DNA from: Candidatus Micrarchaeia archaeon
Lineage (GTDB): Archaea; Micrarchaeota; Micrarchaeia; Micrarchaeales; CABMGC01
Assembly: GCA_049976305.1 (NCBI GenBank)
Contig: JBMFIM010000020.1
Span: 1 to 10,416, forward strand
Direction of reading: 5' to 3'
DNA length: 10,416 bases
Below are positions 7,317-10,416 of this stretch, in pieces (the stretch's first letter is position 1; the number at the start of each line of letters is the position of its first letter). The notes beneath the pieces were generated by a model that was not told where the DNA came from, did no database searches, and worked only from the letters and a program-made list of their open reading frames with translations. Both the position numbers and the translations under genes were made by a program.

Positions 7317-9217
7317 TTTACCACTTTTTCTTCTTTTGTAAGCATGCGCTTATATGCGAAAGGCTTGAACACTATGCCTCCGCCAGTGTAAAATTTGGTA
7401 AAGAACTCAACAATATTAAGCCTGACGCCTTGCACAATTCCCTCGAATATGGAAACGATCATGTTGAGAGTGTGGAGCACAAGGAATGCAATGACAAGAA
7501 GCACAAATACCACTATGCCGTGTGCAAGCGTCGGCGTAAAAGCTAGGTCGATAAGGTATGCGATCATCACGCTCGTCAAGCCAAAGCCCATAAGCCTTGT
7601 GTAGCTCAGCGTGTGCGTGAGCAAAGACATGGCCTCGGAGCCCTCGCTTCCACCAAGCACTATAGTGGCGACAAACAAGGCAAGCGTTGATATGCCTGTA
7701 AGCATGTTTATTCCTCTTCCGAATCCACCGAAGAAGGCGCCATATGTGAACAGGGCTCCAAGTACAACCGCTCCTATGCTTGTAAGCTTGCTATACGCCT
7801 TGAGCTTTTCCCCATGCCTGTACTTGTTAACAAAGCCGAACGAAAGGCCTATGATAAGCTCTGCAATGCCGAGAAGTATGCTTGCGAGCATGAAAGAGGT
7901 CACGTTCTTTACCCAGTCTATGCCCCTGAAAGGCAAGAAATACTGGTCTAGCTGAAGCCCAAAGTACTGGTTTGTCAATACGCCAAAGATGATGGCAGGT
8001 ATTGTGCCAAGCTGCCACACCTTTGCAGCATTGTATGTCATGCCTTCCGGGTTTGTAACCTTTGTAACCCAGGTTGCGAGTATTAGCGAAAGTATGCCGT
8101 AGCCAACGTCGCTGACCATGAAGCCGTAAAAGATGAGAAATGCGAAGATGAACACCCATGTCGGGTCTATCTCGTCGCTTCTTGGCGGAGAGAAGAACAC
8201 CATTGCGAAGTCGAAAGGCTTGAGAAGCTTTGGCCTGTTTAGCAAAGTGGGCGCAAGCTCGTCGCTGCTCAGGGGCTCAATGACAATTTTGCCTTTTGTT
8301 TCCTTTTTTAGCATTTCTTCCAGCTTGTCGATCTTTTTCTTCGGCACCCAGCCTTCTATTATGCTTGTCTTCTCAGTTTTCTTGAAGTTTGAGCTGGCGT
8401 TTGCCCTGTCAAGCTCTATGTGGAGCATCTCAGCATAGGCTGCTAGCATTGCATAATGCCTATTTGCAATTTTCTCAAGCCTTGCCCTCAGCATTGACCT
8501 TTCTCTCTCGTTTTCTTCAAGCGCCTGCTTTAGCTTCTTTGCAAGCTGCTTGGCTTGCATGTCTTCTTGCAAATATTTGTTGTCAAGGTTTAGCTCCTTT
8601 GCATCGCCCTGCCTTATTGCAGAATAAAGGCCGCTGAGCGCCTTCTCAGCCTCTTCACTCTTGTCAGATGCAACAGCAAAGAACACCTCCTTTCCATTGC
8701 TGCATTTTTGCAGCGCAACGCCCCTTGTTCCATGCAGGCTTGCAAGCAAAGGCTCCAGCTTCTTGGCCTCGCCGGCATAGCAGGCTATGCTCGCCTTTGT
8801 GCTCCTAAGCCTGCTCAGGTTTATGCTTGTGCAGCCAAATCCGCTGGCGACATAAAGAGCTTCTTCAAGCTCCTGCTTGTCCTCTTCAAGCATGCTCAGC
8901 CTGTTTGCTATGCTGTATATTTCTTGCACTACCTTCTCCTTGCCAAGCACCTTTACAAGCTTCTCAGCCGGCAGGTGCTCAAACCTTCCTTCTATTTTCT
9001 TTGGCTTGGGCAGTATCGCCAAAGCCCCTTCAACCCTTACAAGCAGCTCGTAAAGCTGTGTTGCGTATGCAAGCGGCGAATCGTCTACAAGGCTCAGCTT
9101 GCTTTTCCTAAAGTCCAGGTAGCCGAACTTGTGCAAGGCTTTGATGACGCGCGGCTTGTCCTCTGACAAGAAAATAATCCTTAGCTTTTGCATAGGCTCT
9201 GTTTCAAACATAAGCAT
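7313..9217 (-). CDS. atpI: A/V-type ATP synthase subunit I (a), about 634 aa
   Basis: Soluble N-terminal half with IEGWVP, then PTLLNRP, EIDPT, FYGFMVSDVGYG, essential Arg in LSYTRLMG, and RLNIVEFFTKFYTGGG..FKPF. ATG 9217 overlaps the atpH stop (TGATG). ATG 9211 is an alternative. Confidence 0.96.
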   Translation of the reverse strand: MLMFETEPMQKLRIIFLSEDKPRVIKALHKFGYLDFRKSKLSLVDDSPLAYATQLYELLVRVEGALAILPKPKKIEGRFEHLPAEKLVKVLGKEKVVQEIYSIANRLSMLEEDKQELEEALYVASGFGCTSINLSRLRSTKASIACYAGEAKKLEPLLASLHGTRGVALQKCSNGKEVFFAVASDKSEEAEKALSGLYSAIRQGDAKELNLDNKYLQEDMQAKQLAKKLKQALEENERERSMLRARLEKIANRHYAMLAAYAEMLHIELDRANASSNFKKTEKTSIIEGWVPKKKIDKLEEMLKKETKGKIVIEPLSSDELAPTLLNRPKLLKPFDFAMVFFSPPRSDEIDPTWVFIFAFLIFYGFMVSDVGYGILSLILATWVTKVTNPEGMTYNAAKVWQLGTIPAIIFGVLTNQYFGLQLDQYFLPFRGIDWVKNVTSFMLASILLGIAELIIGLSFGFVNKYRHGEKLKAYSKLTSIGAVVLGALFTYGAFFGGFGRGINMLTGISTLALFVATIVLGGSEGSEAMSLLTHTLSYTRLMGFGLTSVMIAYLIDLAFTPTLAHGIVVFVLLVIAFLVLHTLNMIVSIFEGIVQGVRLNIVEFFTKFYTGGGIVFKPFAYKRMLTKEEKVVK

Positions 9218-9537
9218 CAATCAAGTGCAAGCTTCTCTATCTGCTTTGCTATTTCCTCCAATGCAGTTTTTGGCAAGCGCAGCCTTTTGAGTTTCTCAGC
9301 CTTTTTCCTCGCTAGCTTGAGCCTTTTTTCCTTCTCAGCGTTAGCCTCTTCTTCAAGCCGCTTAGCCTGCTCCTCTGCTTTCTTAGCCTCTTTTTCAAGC
9401 GCTTCTTTTACTAGCTTGTCAGCTAGCTCCTTAGCTTTTGCTATCTTCTCAGCACCTTTCTTCTGGGCCTCTTCAACAATCTTCCTTGCTTGCTCTTCTG
9501 CTTTTTGTATTTCGTCTATGCTGGGCTCATTATTCAG
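9217..9537 (-). CDS. atpH: A/V-type ATP synthase subunit H (G-like peripheral stalk), about 106 aa, not in the ORF track, apparent CTG start
   Basis: Manual translation: (L/M)NNEPSIDEIQKAEEQARKIVEEAQKKGAEKIAKAKELADKLVKEALEKEAKKAEEQAKRLEEEANAEKEKRLKLARKKAEKLKRLRLPKTALEEIAKQIEKLALD*. An E/K/A-rich coiled coil of the right size in the canonical first position of the operon. Its stop TGA 9219..9217 overlaps the atpI ATG. The start position is uncertain. Confidence 0.88.
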   Translation of the reverse strand: MNNEPSIDEIQKAEEQARKIVEEAQKKGAEKIAKAKELADKLVKEALEKEAKKAEEQAKRLEEEANAEKEKRLKLARKKAEKLKRLRLPKTALEEIAKQIEKLALD

Positions 9538-9563
9538 GAAACCACCAAATTATTTCTCAACTA

Positions 9564-9582
9564 TATTTATAAAAGGTTTTGG
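9564..9582 (-). promoter_or_regulatory. BRE + TATA box of the ATP synthase operon
   Basis: Minus strand CCAAAACC-TTTTATAAATA matches the archaeal BRE/TATA arrangement about 30 nt upstream of the atpH start region. Predicted TSS near 9543-9547. Confidence 0.7.
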
Positions 9583-9721
9583 TCCTTTGTCCTTTGCTAC
9601 CAGTTTTAGTACAATGCCTTTCTCTTTATAGCTAAGTAAAGTTTTACTGTGGCTTTTAGGTGCTCTGTTGTATGCTAACTCCGAAAAGAGTTTTTAACAT
9701 ATCCAAAAAAATTGCAACATA

Positions 9722-9736
9722 GTTAAAATTTTTAAG
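9722..9736 (+). promoter_or_regulatory. Putative TATA element for the divergent pilin-like gene
   Basis: GTTAAAA-TTTTTAAG ends about 25 nt before ATG 9761, consistent with a leaderless or short-leader transcript. A second candidate, CCGAAAAGAG-TTTTTAAC, lies at 9681-9698. Confidence 0.4.
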
Positions 9737-9760
9737 TTTAAGAACTTTAAGGCTAGATGT

Positions 9761-10416
9761 ATGCATAGGCGCAGGTCGAGGCAGATAAGGCGCATAAATA
9801 GCAAGGCTACTGTTAGGTCTTTAAGAGAGGAGAAGGCCCAGTCTGCAATGGAATATCTGCTGACATACAGCTGGGCGATACTCATCATTGCAATCATAAT
9901 TTCCCTGCTTCTTTATTTCACACTTGCGCCTTTCTACATTGCTCCTAATTCCTGCACTTTCGTAAGAGGGGTGTATTGCAAAGGCATGATATTTGCCTCA
10001 AATGCGCTCAGCACAAAAGTGGGCATGTTTCTCTCAAACCTGCAGAGCTATCCTCTGCTAAATCCTACAGTTTCATTGAATGTGAGCGGAGTGGCATATG
10101 CAGGCACATGCCTGCCTAGTTTTGTTCTGCCTGGCGGCGCAATAATATGCAATGTGACATTGCCTCAAAAGGCGCTTGCCCTCGGCGCTTTGGAATCTGG
10201 CAAGATCTACCTCTCTGCCATTCCTTGCCCGAGCGGCAATGCGACCTTGTGCAAAACATCTGCGCCTCAAACCTATCTTGGTGGCTTCACAGCCCATGTC
10301 TCTCCGCTCTTCTCCTCGACAACCGCCACAATCTCGCTCAGCGTTCTTAATACAAGCCAGGCTGCAAATGGCGCCAAGGATCCCCTTGTCGCAACAGTGA
10401 AGATGCTTGGCTATCC
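9761..10416 (+). CDS. Class III signal peptide (type IV pilin-like) surface protein, partial, runs off the right edge
   Basis: Open for 218 codons from ATG 9761: MHRRRSRQIRRINSKATVRSLREEKA|QSAMEYLLTYSWAILIIAIIISLLLYF... It has a K-A|Q-x-x-x-E prepilin cleavage motif and a hydrophobic helix, then an S/T/N-rich domain with 6 Cys and 4 N-x-S/T sequons. The track misses it because there is no stop in the window. Confidence 0.88.
   Translation, partial: MHRRRSRQIRRINSKATVRSLREEKAQSAMEYLLTYSWAILIIAIIISLLLYFTLAPFYIAPNSCTFVRGVYCKGMIFASNALSTKVGMFLSNLQSYPLLNPTVSLNVSGVAYAGTCLPSFVLPGGAIICNVTLPQKALALGALESGKIYLSAIPCPSGNATLCKTSAPQTYLGGFTAHVSPLFSSTTATISLSVLNTSQAANGAKDPLVATVKMLGY

Noticed and set aside
7827..8159. 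110-aa alternative-frame ORF on the minus strand inside atpI
   Set aside because: Fully nested in the conserved membrane domain of atpI with no motif, as expected by chance.
500..9240. Frequent AAGCTT/GCAAGC words (roughly 20 AAGCTT by eye) as a dispersed repeat or CRISPR-like element
   Set aside because: Irregularly spaced and nearly all within CDSs. Explained by preferred codons such as AAG-CTT (Lys-Leu) and GCA-AGC. No repeat-spacer periodicity.
175..9631. The many + strand ORFs of 60-180 aa in the track (e.g. 1753-2268, 2878-3423, 4152-4616, 6642-7058, 9188-9631)
   Set aside because: All lie antisense to well-supported minus-strand genes, many have the S/F/A/L-rich composition of antisense shadows, and none has a recognisable motif. 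9188-9631 is the shadow of atpH.
9761..9800. Twin-arginine (Tat) signal in the RRR/RR-containing leader
   Set aside because: There is no S/T-R-R-x-F-L-K context, the hydrophobic segment is far from the arginines, and it follows a clear class III cleavage motif.
9694..10400. Track ORFs 9694-9897(-), 10073-10297(-), 10147-10350(+) and 10176-10400(+)
   Set aside because: They overlap the longer open frame from 9761 that has a clear class III signal peptide, and they have no features of their own.

Overview
Archaeal genomic DNA, most likely from a DPANN archaeon such as a Micrarchaeota member. This is inferred from the tight gene packing, a tRNA/CDS overlap and a QSAMEYLLTYSWAIL-type class III signal peptide. 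About 9.5 kb of the minus strand is one tightly packed unit: a complete A/V-type ATP synthase operon (atpH-I-K-E-C-F-A-B-D), a PLP-dependent class I/II aminotransferase coupled to atpD, and an intron-less tRNA-Val(UAC) whose first 10 nt also encode the last codons and stop of the aminotransferase. The ORF track misses two genes. One is atpH (9217-9537), which has no in-frame ATG/GTG/TTG near its 5' end and appears to start at CTG. The other is a divergent, window-truncated + strand gene from 9761 encoding a prepilin-like surface protein with paired cysteines and the start of a probable Ig-like domain. No mobile element, CRISPR array or defence system is visible. The window is mostly housekeeping, and the unusual features are in gene architecture and the pilin-like protein.
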